Counted from the stretch's first letter, positions 37,061-47,789 are shown. The stretch: DNA of 64,000 nt from Thermodesulfobacteriota bacterium (GCA_965226585.1 OZ245366.1:416001-480000); one strand, 5' to 3'. Made by a program: numbers and translations. Notes: generated by a model not told the origin, from the letters alone.

Positions 37061-40000
37061 TCAGAAACGGATATGGAACTGAGCGGCTCCCGAGTAGGTG
37101 CGCATTCCCTCGCGGAAATCCACCCGGTATCCGAGTTTAAGGGCGAGATTTCTGTTGTCAGACATTATCATTTTGCCGCCGGCGAAGTAGCGCAAATCGC
37201 CCGAAGTATCTGTGCGGTGTATCGTGTGGGACGAACCGGCAACAGACGCTTCCACGTTACTGCCCTCTCCGGAGAAATCGTAAGTCAGCCCCGCCTCTAT
37301 CTCCGGCTGAACTACTGTTCTTATCCCCGTTTTCAGGGGGTTGAAGGCGATGTTTATTTTTGTTCCCGCTTCGCTGAAAGTCAGGTCGCTGTCTTCAAGA
37401 GTGAGACCCAGCCCGCCCGCTTCCGTGTAGGAATCGGTTGAAACATTCAGGAACGACAATGAGAATCCGGGTCTTATTCTCACGGGCAGATTTTTTAGAA
37501 TTTCAAGCCCCCCGGACAGCTTTCCGCCGTAAGACAGCAGACCGGTTTTTCCCGTTATTCCGCCGAACATTTGCGAATCTATAAGTAAATAGGTTCTTGA
37601 CGATTTGTAGTCAAAAATTCCCGCCGAAAGTATCGCCGACCCCGAAAGTCTTCCCAGCGAGTAGGTTGAGTAGAGCGCGCCCTGAAAACCTTCCGCCTCC
37701 TCCGTAACGCGCTCCCTGATTGTTTCCGCGAACACCGCGCTTGCCGCCGCCCCCACGCCTATGCTTTCGGTGAGGGCTCTGTGAACGCCCACCATAAACC
37801 CGCGAGAGCCCAGTTCGTAAAGGTCTCCGGAGCCGGTTTTCTCAAAGCCGCCCGCAAACACCCTGTATGTTGGCGGCGTTTCGGGTTTCTGCCATGGCAG
37901 AAGAGTAACGGCTTCCACAATTCTCTCCTCAATGGAGTCAAAAAATGTTCTCTGCAAGTCCGCGATTTCATAGGAAATTCCGCCGTGCTCGCTCGGAAGC
38001 AGAGTCCCGACATCCCTGTCGTTGTTCTCGCCCGTTGAAAGCTCGCCGCTGTCTTCATCTTCAACTATGTTTATCGGTTCAAGCACTCTGAGGGCGTTCA
38101 CAATCCCCGACACCTGCTCGTCAATATTCCCGCCGCTGAGAGACCTGTAGACCGCCGTAACAAGGTCGCGCGTGTTCTCCGATTCAAGAGCCGCATTTAT
38201 CTCCTCCCGCACTCCGGACTCTTCCTCAAACGCGAGGCATATCTCTCCGTCCGCGCAGTCTGAGACTTTGTGGGAGATGTCTGTGAACAGCCCGGGGTCT
38301 GTGAAAGACGTATTGCTCAGACTTGCAGTGTTTCCGTTGAAAACAACAATCTTTTTATCTTCGGTTTTTGAAAATGTTACCACGTCAAAATCGCTTGCCG
38401 CTATGTAGCCGTTTGTGTAGCCGTTTGTCGTGGAGATACTTCCCGCCGTCAGGAAACCGGAGTTTGCCGTAAAGACCGGAACCGACTCGTCTTCAGGGGT
38501 AACCATCTCCACCCTGAACACAAGCGTTCCCTCGTCAGCCACCGTAACACTGCCGTTTGCGCCGAGGTCTGCGTTGTGCTCAATGGTCAGCGCGCCCGCG
38601 CCGTTTTTCGCGAGAGATTCAAAGTTTCTGTAATGTTCTTCGGCTCCCACGTCATCGCCGCTTAAAACCCGTTCCGTGTTCGCGGGCGTGTAGGCGATGA
38701 GGGTGTCGATTTCTTCCAGCCCGTCTATGTAGTCAACCCTTTCGTCGTTGTCTGAAAGCACCCAGCCGTCGCCGCCGACTGCGTTTGAGAGCACGGCGCG
38801 CGAGAAGTTTCTGTATTTAATAAGCACCGCGCCGTCATGGTTTCCGCTTCCGAAATTAGCGGTGTCGTTTCCGCCCAGAGCGTCTATGCTGGTCAACTCC
38901 ACATCCCCTTCCGTAACGTCCCATGAGTCATCGCCGTCTGAAAGGGTCGCCACTTCAAAGTGTCTGTAAAGCTTGTTCGCCCCTATGTTCTCGGAACTGT
39001 GCATTCCCTCTCCGAGCGCGATAGTGTCGCGTCCGCCCCTTCCGCTTATCCAGTCCCAGTCGTTGTCCATCGGGAAGTCTGCGGTGGCGTTGAAAACCCA
39101 TGTGTCGCTGTTATCGGTAAGACCTATCGCCGCCCGCTCAAAACCGATGTAGTTCGCATAAGAGGCGTTGGGGCTTCCGCCCGTGAATTCCGTAACGCTG
39201 AAATCAGAGTCCGAGGCGTTGAAAAAGGAATCTCCGTTTTCGTCAGTCGCTCTGTCTTCCAGCACATCCATGTCTCCCCCCATGGCGTCAATCCTGACAA
39301 GGTTTCCGTCTCCGGCGGCAACAGACCACGAGTCGTCTTCGTCTGAAAGCGTTGCCACCTCAAAGTTTCTGTAAAGTTTGTCCTCGCCGATGTCGCTTCC
39401 GCCGTGATTTCCCTGCCCGAACGCGATGGTGTCTTCCTCTCCGTCACCCGCCTCTATGGTGAGCAGCCCGCCTTCGCCCTCGGTAAATTCCCATGTGTCA
39501 TTGTTTTCCGTGAGCGTTGCCACCTCAAAGTTTATGTAGAGTTTCTCCCTTCCAACATTCGCCGCGCTGTAATTTCCCTCTCCGCTGAAATTCAGAGAGT
39601 CCACGCCGCCGCGCCCGTTTATGCTTGTAACATCGCCGTCATTTTTTCCTATCGCCCATGAGTCATTAGCCGTTGACAGCACAACCACTTCAAAGTTTCT
39701 GTAAAGCCCGTCCGAGCCGATTTGCGCCGCGCTGTGGTTTCCGCCCACCGCCTGTCCGCCTTCGTCTCTGATGTCAAACGCGAGCGTGTCCATCCCGTCC
39801 AGAGCGTCTATGCTTGTGAGGTCTGAATCGTTCGCGCCCAGCAGCCACCTGTCGTCACTTACCGAGAGTGTGGCGCGCTCAAAGTTCAGATATCCCGAAA
39901 GGGCGTTGCCGTCTTGCTCTCCCTCTCCGAATTTAAGAGTGTCGTTTCCACCCAGCCCGTCTATAAAAAGGTTGCTGTCTCCGCCCGTAACGCGCCATTC

Positions 40001-43000
40001 TGTGTCCGCGTTAGACAGCTGGACAACCTCAAAATCCCTGTAAAACTCGCGCTCCCCGATGTCCGAAGAGTCCGCCGCCTGATTTACGGGCAGTATGTCC
40101 GCTATCACAATCGTGTCTATTCCGTTTCTTCCGCTTACCCACTGCAAGTCTCCTTCTTCATCCGCCGCAGAAGCGACCCATGTGTCGTTCGCGCCCGTAA
40201 GCCCCGCGGCTACCTGCTCGAAATTCAGGTACTTGTCGAACTCCGCCCCGGACAGGGTTGCGTTGGAAAGAGCGGAGTCGTTTATGCTGAAAACCCCGTC
40301 TCCGTCCGTATCTGTTTCCACGGCGATTTCCAGAGTGTCGCTTCCTCCGAGCCCGTCAATGCTTGTGAGCGCGGAGTCGTCTTCGGTAACGCCCCATGAG
40401 CCGTTCAGACTTGAAAGGGTTACAAGTTCAAAGTTTCTGTAAACCTCGTCCGCCCCGATTCGCGCCGCGCTGTGGTGTCCGTCTCCCAGCGACGCCGTGT
40501 CCACGCCGCCCAGAGCGTCCACTATTTCCAGATCTCTGTCGTTGTCCGAAAGAGTCCAGATATTGTCGCTGTCCGAAAGATTCACATTTTCAAAATTTCT
40601 GTACCGCTCCCTTACGTTGATGTCCGCCGCGCTGTGATTGCCGTCTCCGAGCACAAGGGTGTCTATGCCTCCAAGGGCTTCAATGCCGTCAAGCGTGAGG
40701 TCGTTGTCGGAGGCAATCCACGAGTTGTTTGAGTCCGTAAGCGACGCCACTTCAAAGTTTCTGTATTTCGCGTCCGCCCCGAATTCAGAGGAATTCGTCA
40801 CATTTTCTCCCACAAAAACGCCGTCTATTCCGTCCAGCCCGTCTATGTATTCAAAAATTTCATCGCCTTCGGGAACCCATCTGTTGTTTTCGTCTGAGAG
40901 TTCCACGCGCTCAAACCCTCTGTAAAGTTTGTTACCCCCGATGTCCGCCGCGCTGTGGTCTCCGTCTCCGAGTCTCACCGTGTCCGCCCCGCCCATCGCG
41001 TTTATGTAGTCAAGGTCCGTGTCATTTGAGCCGGATATCCATCTGTCATCCTCATCCGAAAGGGTTGCCACATTAAAGTTCAGGTATCCCGCAAGGACGG
41101 AGCCGCTGTGCTCTCCGTTTCCGAAGGCAAGCGTGTCGTTGCCGCCCGTGCCGTTTATCAGTATGTTCGCGTCTCCGCCGGTAACAGTCCACACGTCAAC
41201 GCCGGCAGACAGGTTTGCGGTTTCAAAGTTTCTGTAAAGCCCGTTTTGCCCGATTTGCGAGGAGTTGGTGAATATGTTTCCCACGTCAAGCGTGTCATCG
41301 CCGCCGCTTGCGTTTATCCACACCCAGTCTCTCGCGCCCGTGTCGTCTGCGGTAACCGTCCACACGTCATTGCCGCCCGAAAGAGTTGTGGCAACCTGTT
41401 CAAACGCCACATAGTTCGTAAAGTCGCCGCTTCCTATGTCTGAAAAGTTGAGTTCCGAATCGGCGGCGTTGAAAAACCCGTCTGCCTGCGTATCAACAAG
41501 CGGATTTTCCAGAGTGTCTTCATCGCCGTCTGAAGCGTTTATGGATGACAGGTTCGCGTCTTCGTTCCCGATTGTCCATATATCGTTTCCTGATGAGAGA
41601 AAGGCGGTCTCAAAGTTTCTGTAAACCGCCTCATCGCCGAAGTTCACCGCGCTCTGTTCCCCGCCGCCCAGTATAACGGTGTCGGTTCCATTGAGAGCGT
41701 CTATGAAAAGGAGTTCCGTGTCGTTGTCGTCCGCCGTCCACACATTGTCATTTTCCGAAAGTTCCGCGCGCTCAAAGTTTCTGTACACGCCTGTCAGGTC
41801 GTTCCCGCTGTGGTTTCCGTCTCCGAAGGTTATGCTGTCTTCCCCGTCAAGGGCGTCTATGTACTGGAGGTTGCCGTCTCCCTCCGTAACTATCCACGAA
41901 TCGTTTCCGAACGAAAGCGCGACCGCTTCAAAGTTTCTGTAAAGTTTGTCTTCTCCTATGGTCGCCGCGCTCCGGTTTCCCTCCGTGAGTTGCACGATAT
42001 CGCCGCCGCCGAGAGCGTCTATGTATTCAAGGTCGCCGTCATTTTCGCCCGCCACCCAGAGGTTGCTTTCGTTTGAAAGGATGCCGTATTCAAAGTTCAC
42101 ATAGCCCGCAAGTGTGTTTCCGTGATGAGTGCCGTCTCCGAAGAAAATGGTGTCGTCTCCGCCCATGGCGTTAACCGTTATGCCGGAGTCTCCGCCGGTA
42201 ACCGTCCAGAGGTTGTTGTTTTCAGACAGTTCCGCCAGTTCAAAGTTTCTGTAAAATTCGCCCGCCCCGACTTCAGCCGCGCTGTGGTTTCCGTCTCCGT
42301 AGACAAGGGTGTCCGTTCCCTCTCTTCCGCTCACCCATTGCCAGTCTTTAGACCCGTCTGTGTCGTTTGCGGAAACTGTCCACGATTCGTTTCCACCCGT
42401 CAGACCGAGCGCCACGCCCTCAAAACCGAAGTAGTTCTCAAAGCCGCTTTCTCTAAGGTCTGAAACCGCGAACTCCGAGTCCGCCCCGTTGAAAACGCCG
42501 TCTCCCTGCGAGTCCGCGACCGAATTTTCCAGAACGTCAAAACCTTCAAGGGCGTCTATGCGCTCAAAACTCATGTCGCTGTCCGTAACCGCCCACGAGT
42601 CTGAGCCATCTGAAAGCACGGCGCGCTCAAAGTTTCTGTATACACTGCCGTTGTGATGCCCCGTGCCGAACACAACCACATCGTTTCCGCCGAGCGCGTC
42701 TATGAACTCAAGGTCTGTGTCGTTTGCGGCAACCGCCCACCGGTCATCGCTCATGTTGCCAAGGGTTGCCGATTCAAAGTTCAGGTATCCCGCAAGCAGT
42801 CTGCCGTCATGGTTTCCCTCACCGAAAGCGAGCGTGTCTGTGCCGTTCATGCCGTCTATCACGATGTTCACATCTGAGGCTTCAACCGTCCATTCGGTGT
42901 CGCCGTCTGAAAGAGTCGCCACCTCAAAATTTCTGTAAAAACCGTCTCCGCCGATTCCGGAAGAGTTTGTTTTAAGGTCGCCAAGCGCGAGCGTGTCCAC

Positions 43001-46000
43001 CCCGTCCCGTCCGCTGACCCACACCCAATCCTTGCCGCTGTCATCAGCCGCCCCGTATGTCCACACATCGTTTCCGCCTGAAAGACCCACCGATACGAAA
43101 TCGAAATTCAGGTATTTCGCGAAATCGCCGCTTCCGAGGTCGGCGTTTGCGAAAGAGGAATCCGCCGCGTTGAAAACCCCGTCATCGCCCGCGTCCGTTA
43201 TAAGCTCTTCAAGAAAGTCCGTTCCCTCTCCCGCATTTACGGAGGTGAATTGTGAATCGCCGTCCGTAATTTCCCACGCATCGTTCTCAGCGGACAGGTT
43301 GGCGAATTCAAAGTTTGTGTAGGATTCCGCATTGCGCGAGCCCACACCGAACTCAATCACATCCGTTCCGGCTCCCCCGTCTATAAGTTCAAGAAGCGCG
43401 TCTCCGTTTGTGAAAGTCCACACATTGTTTCCCGCAGACAGGTTGGCGAATTCAAAGTTTGTGTAGGTTTGCCCCGCCCCGCCGATGTTTGCCGCGCTGT
43501 GGTTTCCGTCACCGAACACAATCGCGTCATTTCCGCCGCGTCCGTCTATGGACAGGTTCGCGTCTTCATCTGAAACCGTCCACGAGTCGTTTCCTTCTCC
43601 CAGAGCCGCCACTTCAAAGTTTCTGTATAACTTGTCCGCGCCAATCTCTTCGGCGCTGTGGTTTCCGTTTCCAAATATGATGGTGTCGTTCGCGCCCCGC
43701 GCGTTTATCCACTGCCAGTCTCTGCTCCCGTCCGAGTCGTTTGCCGTAACAACCCACACATCTTCAAAGTCTGAAAGCCCCGCCGCCGTCATCTCAAAAC
43801 CGGCGTAGTTTGAGTAGATTCCGTCTCCGAGGCTGGAAGAGGAAAAATCAGAATCGTTCGCGCTCAGAACATTGTCCGCGTCCGAGTCCGTTATTGTCGC
43901 CTCAAGGGTGTCTGCTCCGCCGCCCGCGTCTATAAACGTCAGGCTCTCGTCCGCCTCCGTTGCCGCCCACGAGTCGTCCATTTCCGAAAGCGTTACGGAT
44001 TCAAATCCCCTGTAAATTGAGCCGATGTCCGCCGAACTGTGATTTCCCTCGCCGAAAGCGAGCGTGTCTTCGCCTTCCATAGCCTCAATCGCGAAAAGGC
44101 TTCCCTCCTCTTCCGTAACCGTCCAAGTGTTGTTTTCGTCAGAAAGGAACACGTATTCAAAGTTTCTGTATTTTTTAACCGTATTCTCGCCCGCCCCGAT
44201 GTCCACCGCGCTGTGGTTTCCGTTACCGAAAAACAGTGTGTCGGCTCCCCCGAGCGCGTCTATGTATCCCACCGCGCTGTCATTGGCGGCGGTGTCAGAG
44301 GCGTTCCAGCTGTCGCCGCCTTGTGAAAGCTCCGCCTGCTCAAAGTTTCTGTAAAGTTTGTCCGCCCCGATGTTTGCCGCGCTGTGGTCGCCGCGCCCGA
44401 GTTCAAGCGTGTCTCCCGCGTCTCCGTCTCCAAGGGCGTCTATGTATTCAAGTTCTGAATCGTTGTCACCCGCCGTCCATCTGTCGTCATTCATGTCGCC
44501 AAGGATTGCGATTTCAAAGTTGGCGTATCCCGCAAGCGCGTCGCCGCTGTGGTTTCCGCCGCCGAACACGATGGAGTCGCTGCCGCCCGCCGCGTCTATC
44601 ACAAGGTTTATGTCTCCGTCCGTAACCGTCCACATATTGTCCGAGTCCGAGAGAAGGGCGATTTCAAAGTTTCTGTAAAACCCGTCATCCCCGATGCCCG
44701 AAGAGTTTGTTTTCGCGGTTCCGAGGCTTATGGTGTCCACCCCGCCGCGCCCGCTTATCCACTCCCAGCCCTTTCCGCTGTCGGCAGTCGAGTCGTATGT
44801 CCAGAAGTCATTTTCCTGTGTCAGCCCCACAGACACAGTTTCAAAGTTGATGTATTTCGCGAAGTTCCCCGCGCCGAGGCTGGAGGTGGAAAAAGTGGAG
44901 TCCGCCGCATTGAAAACCCCGTCATCGCCCGCGTCTGTGATGAACGCTTCCAGAGCGTCCATGCTTCCGCCGCCCGCGTTTATTGTTGTGAACTGGCTGT
45001 CTGAGTCCGTAACAATCCACGAGTCATTGCCTGAGGAAAGGTTGGCGAATTCAAACTCTCTGTAAATTGCTCCGCTGTGGCTTCCCCCACCGAACTCAAC
45101 CGTGTCCGTGCCTCCCATTCCGTTCACAATTTCAAGCCCCGCGCCTTCTCCCGCCACCGTCCAGACGTTGTCGCCGTCTGAGAGGTTTGCCACTTCAAAG
45201 TTTGTGTATTTCGCTCCGCCACCGACAGACGCCGAGTTGTGGTTTCCGTCTCCAAGCAGAAGAATGTCTGTTCCGCCGAGCGCGTCCACCCGTTCAAAAT
45301 GGTCGTCGCTTGATGTGATGTTCCAGATGTTATCGCCCTCTGAAAGGGAAAGCCGCTCGAAGTTGATGTAGTTCCCGCCGTCCATTTCGTGTATGCCGGA
45401 CGAGTTTGCTCTGTCTCCTATCCTGACGGTGTCGTTTCCGCCCCTTCCGTTCACCCACCGCCAGCTTGAGGCGAAGTCGTTTTCTGAATAGACCCAGGTG
45501 TCGTCTCCCTGCGTCAGCCCGACCGCCGCCGCCTCAAAGTTTGAGTAGCGGGCGTATCTGCCGTTTGCGAACTCCGCGTTTCCGATGTTTTCCGCTGAAA
45601 TTTCAGAATCTGTGGCGTTGAAAAAACCGTCGCTGTCAACGTCTCTTATCAACTCTTCCAGAATGTCCGCCGAGCCTTCTCCGCCGTTCACCAAATCAAG
45701 GGCGCGGTCGTTGTCGCCGATGCTCCAGATGTCGTTTCCGGCGGTGAGGTGCACGGCTTCAAAGTTTCTGAACGCGCCTCCGCCGTGTATCAGCCCCGAG
45801 TTGAAACTTGCCCCGTCCACCACATCTGTCGGCATGAAGATGATTGAATCGTCGCCGGTGCCGAAGTCTGCGTAGTGAATCTGGTCAAAAATATCAAGCG
45901 TGGAAGCGTTAATTATGAGGTTGTCGTTTGTTCTGCCCTGAATCAGATTTGCTTCAAGGGGAAAGTCTTCCGCATTAACCGTTACATCAACCGCGTTTGC

Positions 46001-46063
46001 GGAATGAAAACAGGTGATGACCGTTAATGCCAATACAAGCAGAACAGAGAGTTTTTTTGGCAA
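37061..46063 (-). CDS. Giant (3000 aa) acidic repeat autotransporter / adhesin
   Basis: Signal peptide ending SANA; dozens of ~50-aa repeats (YxNFExxxLSxxxDxWxVxxxDxxLxxIDAxGGxDTLxFGxGNHS); barrel ending AAQFHIRF; one uninterrupted 9-kb ORF. Confidence 0.9.
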   Translation of the reverse strand: MPKKLSVLLVLALTVITCFHSANAVDVTVNAEDFPLEANLIQGRTNDNLIINASTLDIFDQIHYADFGTGDDSIIFMPTDVVDGASFNSGLIHGGGAFRNFEAVHLTAGNDIWSIGDNDRALDLVNGGEGSADILEELIRDVDSDGFFNATDSEISAENIGNAEFANGRYARYSNFEAAAVGLTQGDDTWVYSENDFASSWRWVNGRGGNDTVRIGDRANSSGIHEMDGGNYINFERLSLSEGDNIWNITSSDDHFERVDALGGTDILLLGDGNHNSASVGGGAKYTNFEVANLSDGDNVWTVAGEGAGLEIVNGMGGTDTVEFGGGSHSGAIYREFEFANLSSGNDSWIVTDSDSQFTTINAGGGSMDALEAFITDAGDDGVFNAADSTFSTSSLGAGNFAKYINFETVSVGLTQENDFWTYDSTADSGKGWEWISGRGGVDTISLGTAKTNSSGIGDDGFYRNFEIALLSDSDNMWTVTDGDINLVIDAAGGSDSIVFGGGNHSGDALAGYANFEIAILGDMNDDRWTAGDNDSELEYIDALGDGDAGDTLELGRGDHSAANIGADKLYRNFEQAELSQGGDSWNASDTAANDSAVGYIDALGGADTLFFGNGNHSAVDIGAGENTVKKYRNFEYVFLSDENNTWTVTEEEGSLFAIEAMEGEDTLAFGEGNHSSADIGSIYRGFESVTLSEMDDSWAATEADESLTFIDAGGGADTLEATITDSDADNVLSANDSDFSSSSLGDGIYSNYAGFEMTAAGLSDFEDVWVVTANDSDGSRDWQWINARGANDTIIFGNGNHSAEEIGADKLYRNFEVAALGEGNDSWTVSDEDANLSIDGRGGNDAIVFGDGNHSAANIGGAGQTYTNFEFANLSAGNNVWTFTNGDALLELIDGGAGTDVIEFGVGSRNAESYTNFEFANLSAENDAWEITDGDSQFTSVNAGEGTDFLEELITDAGDDGVFNAADSSFANADLGSGDFAKYLNFDFVSVGLSGGNDVWTYGAADDSGKDWVWVSGRDGVDTLALGDLKTNSSGIGGDGFYRNFEVATLSDGDTEWTVEASDVNIVIDGMNGTDTLAFGEGNHDGRLLAGYLNFESATLGNMSDDRWAVAANDTDLEFIDALGGNDVVVFGTGHHNGSVYRNFERAVLSDGSDSWAVTDSDMSFERIDALEGFDVLENSVADSQGDGVFNGADSEFAVSDLRESGFENYFGFEGVALGLTGGNESWTVSANDTDGSKDWQWVSGREGTDTLVYGDGNHSAAEVGAGEFYRNFELAELSENNNLWTVTGGDSGITVNAMGGDDTIFFGDGTHHGNTLAGYVNFEYGILSNESNLWVAGENDGDLEYIDALGGGDIVQLTEGNRSAATIGEDKLYRNFEAVALSFGNDSWIVTEGDGNLQYIDALDGEDSITFGDGNHSGNDLTGVYRNFERAELSENDNVWTADDNDTELLFIDALNGTDTVILGGGEQSAVNFGDEAVYRNFETAFLSSGNDIWTIGNEDANLSSINASDGDEDTLENPLVDTQADGFFNAADSELNFSDIGSGDFTNYVAFEQVATTLSGGNDVWTVTADDTGARDWVWINASGGDDTLDVGNIFTNSSQIGQNGLYRNFETANLSAGVDVWTVTGGDANILINGTGGNDTLAFGNGEHSGSVLAGYLNFNVATLSDEDDRWISGSNDTDLDYINAMGGADTVRLGDGDHSAADIGGNKLYRGFERVELSDENNRWVPEGDEIFEYIDGLDGIDGVFVGENVTNSSEFGADAKYRNFEVASLTDSNNSWIASDNDLTLDGIEALGGIDTLVLGDGNHSAADINVRERYRNFENVNLSDSDNIWTLSDNDRDLEIVDALGGVDTASLGDGHHSAARIGADEVYRNFELVTLSSLNGSWGVTEDDSALTSIDGLGGSDTLEIAVETDTDGDGVFSINDSALSNATLSGAEFDKYLNFEQVAAGLTGANDTWVASAADEEGDLQWVSGRNGIDTIVIADILPVNQAADSSDIGEREFYRDFEVVQLSNADTEWRVTGGDSNLFIDGLGGNDTLKFGEGEQDGNALSGYLNFERATLSVSDDRWLLGANDSDLTSIDALDGMDTLAFDIRDEGGQAVGGNHSAAQIGSDGLYRNFEVVVLSTANDSWAIGKNDGDVTSINGRGGVDSLNFSGEGNYSAANVGREKLYINFEVATLTENNDTWEFTEGEGGLLTIEAGDGEEDTIAFGQGNHGGSDIGEDKLYRNFEVATLSDEDDSWSVAAGDGNLVRIDAMGGDMDVLEDRATDENGDSFFNASDSDFSVTEFTGGSPNASYANYIGFERAAIGLTDNSDTWVFNATADFPMDNDWDWISGRGGRDTIALGEGMHSSENIGANKLYRHFEVATLSDGDDSWDVTEGDVELTSIDALGGNDTANFGSGNHDGAVLIKYRNFSRAVLSNAVGGDGWVLSDNDERVDYIDGLEEIDTLIAYTPANTERVLSGDDVGAEEHYRNFESLAKNGAGALTIEHNADLGANGSVTVADEGTLVFRVEMVTPEDESVPVFTANSGFLTAGSISTTNGYTNGYIAASDFDVVTFSKTEDKKIVVFNGNTASLSNTSFTDPGLFTDISHKVSDCADGEICLAFEEESGVREEINAALESENTRDLVTAVYRSLSGGNIDEQVSGIVNALRVLEPINIVEDEDSGELSTGENNDRDVGTLLPSEHGGISYEIADLQRTFFDSIEERIVEAVTLLPWQKPETPPTYRVFAGGFEKTGSGDLYELGSRGFMVGVHRALTESIGVGAAASAVFAETIRERVTEEAEGFQGALYSTYSLGRLSGSAILSAGIFDYKSSRTYLLIDSQMFGGITGKTGLLSYGGKLSGGLEILKNLPVRIRPGFSLSFLNVSTDSYTEAGGLGLTLEDSDLTFSEAGTKINIAFNPLKTGIRTVVQPEIEAGLTYDFSGEGSNVEASVAGSSHTIHRTDTSGDLRYFAGGKMIMSDNRNLALKLGYRVDFREGMRTYSGAAQFHIRF

Positions 46064-46172
46064 TCTTTATCTTCTCCGGATACTGTCGGGCTTGAGAGCG
46101 GAGCCCCCGCCGCACGCAGACGCAATTCTATACCAACTGCGTGAAGTTTGAAAGCGGACGCGCCGGCCGCCT

Positions 46173-47156
46173 TTACGGTTTCGCGAAACGGAAAACCATT
46201 TTTTCAAGGGCGATGCGGCAGTTCAGGTTGCCGAGTTTTACCCCCGCCGCCATTTCTTCAAGCGCGCGCGCCTTTTCCGTAATCTCATCCTCCCCCGTTT
46301 TCGCGGCAAAATCGCCGGGTATCCAGTCGGGAAACATGGAGTCTTCCCCCGCCTTTGTGTGTATCAAATCCCGAATCAGCAGAGCCGCCGAGTCCGCGAG
46401 TTTTTCCGCCTCAACCCTTTGCGCGGCGGTTCCCTTTGCTTTGCCGAGAATGTTTTCCACGAATTTGAACACTCCCGCCTCTCCCGCTCCGCGCGCGGCG
46501 CACAGGGCTTTCAAGGTCTCAAGGGTTTTGCGGGTTTCCTCCGCGCCGGTTTTTAACGCTTTTCCGGGGCTTCCGTCCGCTATGGTTACGGCGAGGTCAA
46601 TCTCCTCCGGGGAAAGGTCGCCTCTTTCGGTCAGTTTTTCCCGCGCCACCCGTCCGTCAAGTTTCCCGAAGGCGACCGTCCGGCATCTTGAGCGGATGGT
46701 TGGAAGTATCATCGAAGGCAGTTGCGTTATCAGCATAATCACTGAGTAGGGCGGCGGCTCTTCAAGGGTTTTGAGAAATGCGTTTTGCGCGCTTGAGTTC
46801 ATTCTTTCCGCGTCATCAACTATGAAGATTTTGTATTTTGCCTCAAACGGTTTCAGAAATATCCTTGTCTCTATCTCCTCGCGCACGTTGTCAACCGTTA
46901 TGATGCGGCTTTCGGTGTATTCAAATAGAGAAACATCCGGGTGGACGCCGCTTTCAATTCTCGCGCAGACATCGCAGTCGCAAATTCCGTCTGTTTTCAG
47001 GGGGCAGTTCAGTTTTTTCGCAAAAGACAGCGCGGTGAGTTTTTTCCCCGTGCCGCCGGGTCCGCTGAATATGTAGGCGTGAGCCGCCCGCCCGTTTTCC
47101 ACAGCCGCTTTCAGAGCCAGCTTTGCCGTCTTGTGCCCGTCTATTTCTTCAAACAC
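46173..47156 (-). CDS. holB: DNA polymerase III delta-prime subunit
   Basis: HAYIFSGPGGTGK, Zn-module Cys, HPD, NAFLKTLEEPP, TIRSRC. Confidence 0.95.
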   Translation of the reverse strand: MFEEIDGHKTAKLALKAAVENGRAAHAYIFSGPGGTGKKLTALSFAKKLNCPLKTDGICDCDVCARIESGVHPDVSLFEYTESRIITVDNVREEIETRIFLKPFEAKYKIFIVDDAERMNSSAQNAFLKTLEEPPPYSVIMLITQLPSMILPTIRSRCRTVAFGKLDGRVAREKLTERGDLSPEEIDLAVTIADGSPGKALKTGAEETRKTLETLKALCAARGAGEAGVFKFVENILGKAKGTAAQRVEAEKLADSAALLIRDLIHTKAGEDSMFPDWIPGDFAAKTGEDEITEKARALEEMAAGVKLGNLNCRIALEKMVFRFAKP

Positions 47157-47159
47157 CTT

Positions 47160-47789
47160 TTAATCTCCGCCGCCGGTTCCGATTTTTTCATCCGCAATCG
47201 CGCCAATTTTTCCGGAAGTCTCCTCAATCTCCCCGCTTGCGTCCACAACCTTTATTCTTGCGGGGTGCTTTTCCGCCTCAGAGAGAAAGCCGTTACGCAG
47301 GCGTTTGTAGAAATCCTCCGCCTCTTTGTCCATTCTGTTCACGGCTTGTCTGCCTTCAAGCCGCCCGGCGCAAACCTCAACCGGCGCATCAAGAAAAAAG
47401 GTCAAATCCGGCTCAACCCCCAGAGCAGACATTCTTGCCGCCCGCTCCACAAATTCAAAGTCAACTCCCCTTCCGCAACCCTGATAGACGATTGTTGAAT
47501 CAAAAAACCTGTCTGATATAACCGTTTTGCCCCCGTCCAGAGCGGGTTTGACAACCTTCCGGACGTGGTGAACTCTGTCGGCGCAGAACAGAAAAACCTC
47601 AGCCAGAGGGTCTGCGCTTTTCATTTCTTCCAGCAGGATAGTGTTTCTTATGCTCTCGCCGATTTTACCGCCGCTGCCGGGTTCGTGAGTCAGCACAACT
47701 TCTTTGCCCGCCGCCTCAATCCGCTCTTTCAGCAGACGCGCATGGGTGGATTTTCCGCATCCGTCAATTCCTTCAAAAGATATAAACAC
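47160..47789 (-). CDS. tmk: Thymidylate kinase
   Basis: FISFEGIDGCGKST, SDRFFDSTIVYQG. Confidence 0.96.
   Translation of the reverse strand: MFISFEGIDGCGKSTHARLLKERIEAAGKEVVLTHEPGSGGKIGESIRNTILLEEMKSADPLAEVFLFCADRVHHVRKVVKPALDGGKTVISDRFFDSTIVYQGCGRGVDFEFVERAARMSALGVEPDLTFFLDAPVEVCAGRLEGRQAVNRMDKEAEDFYKRLRNGFLSEAEKHPARIKVVDASGEIEETSGKIGAIADEKIGTGGGD

Noticed and set aside
37759..45875. Many plus-strand and alternate-frame ORFs within the giant gene
   Set aside because: Shadow ORFs caused by the repetitive codon pattern of the minus-strand gene.
37061..46063. RTX toxin / type I secretion substrate or DGR target
   Set aside because: It has a Sec-type signal and terminal barrel, no T1SS genes nearby, no reverse transcriptase, and no adenine-specific repeat pair was seen.
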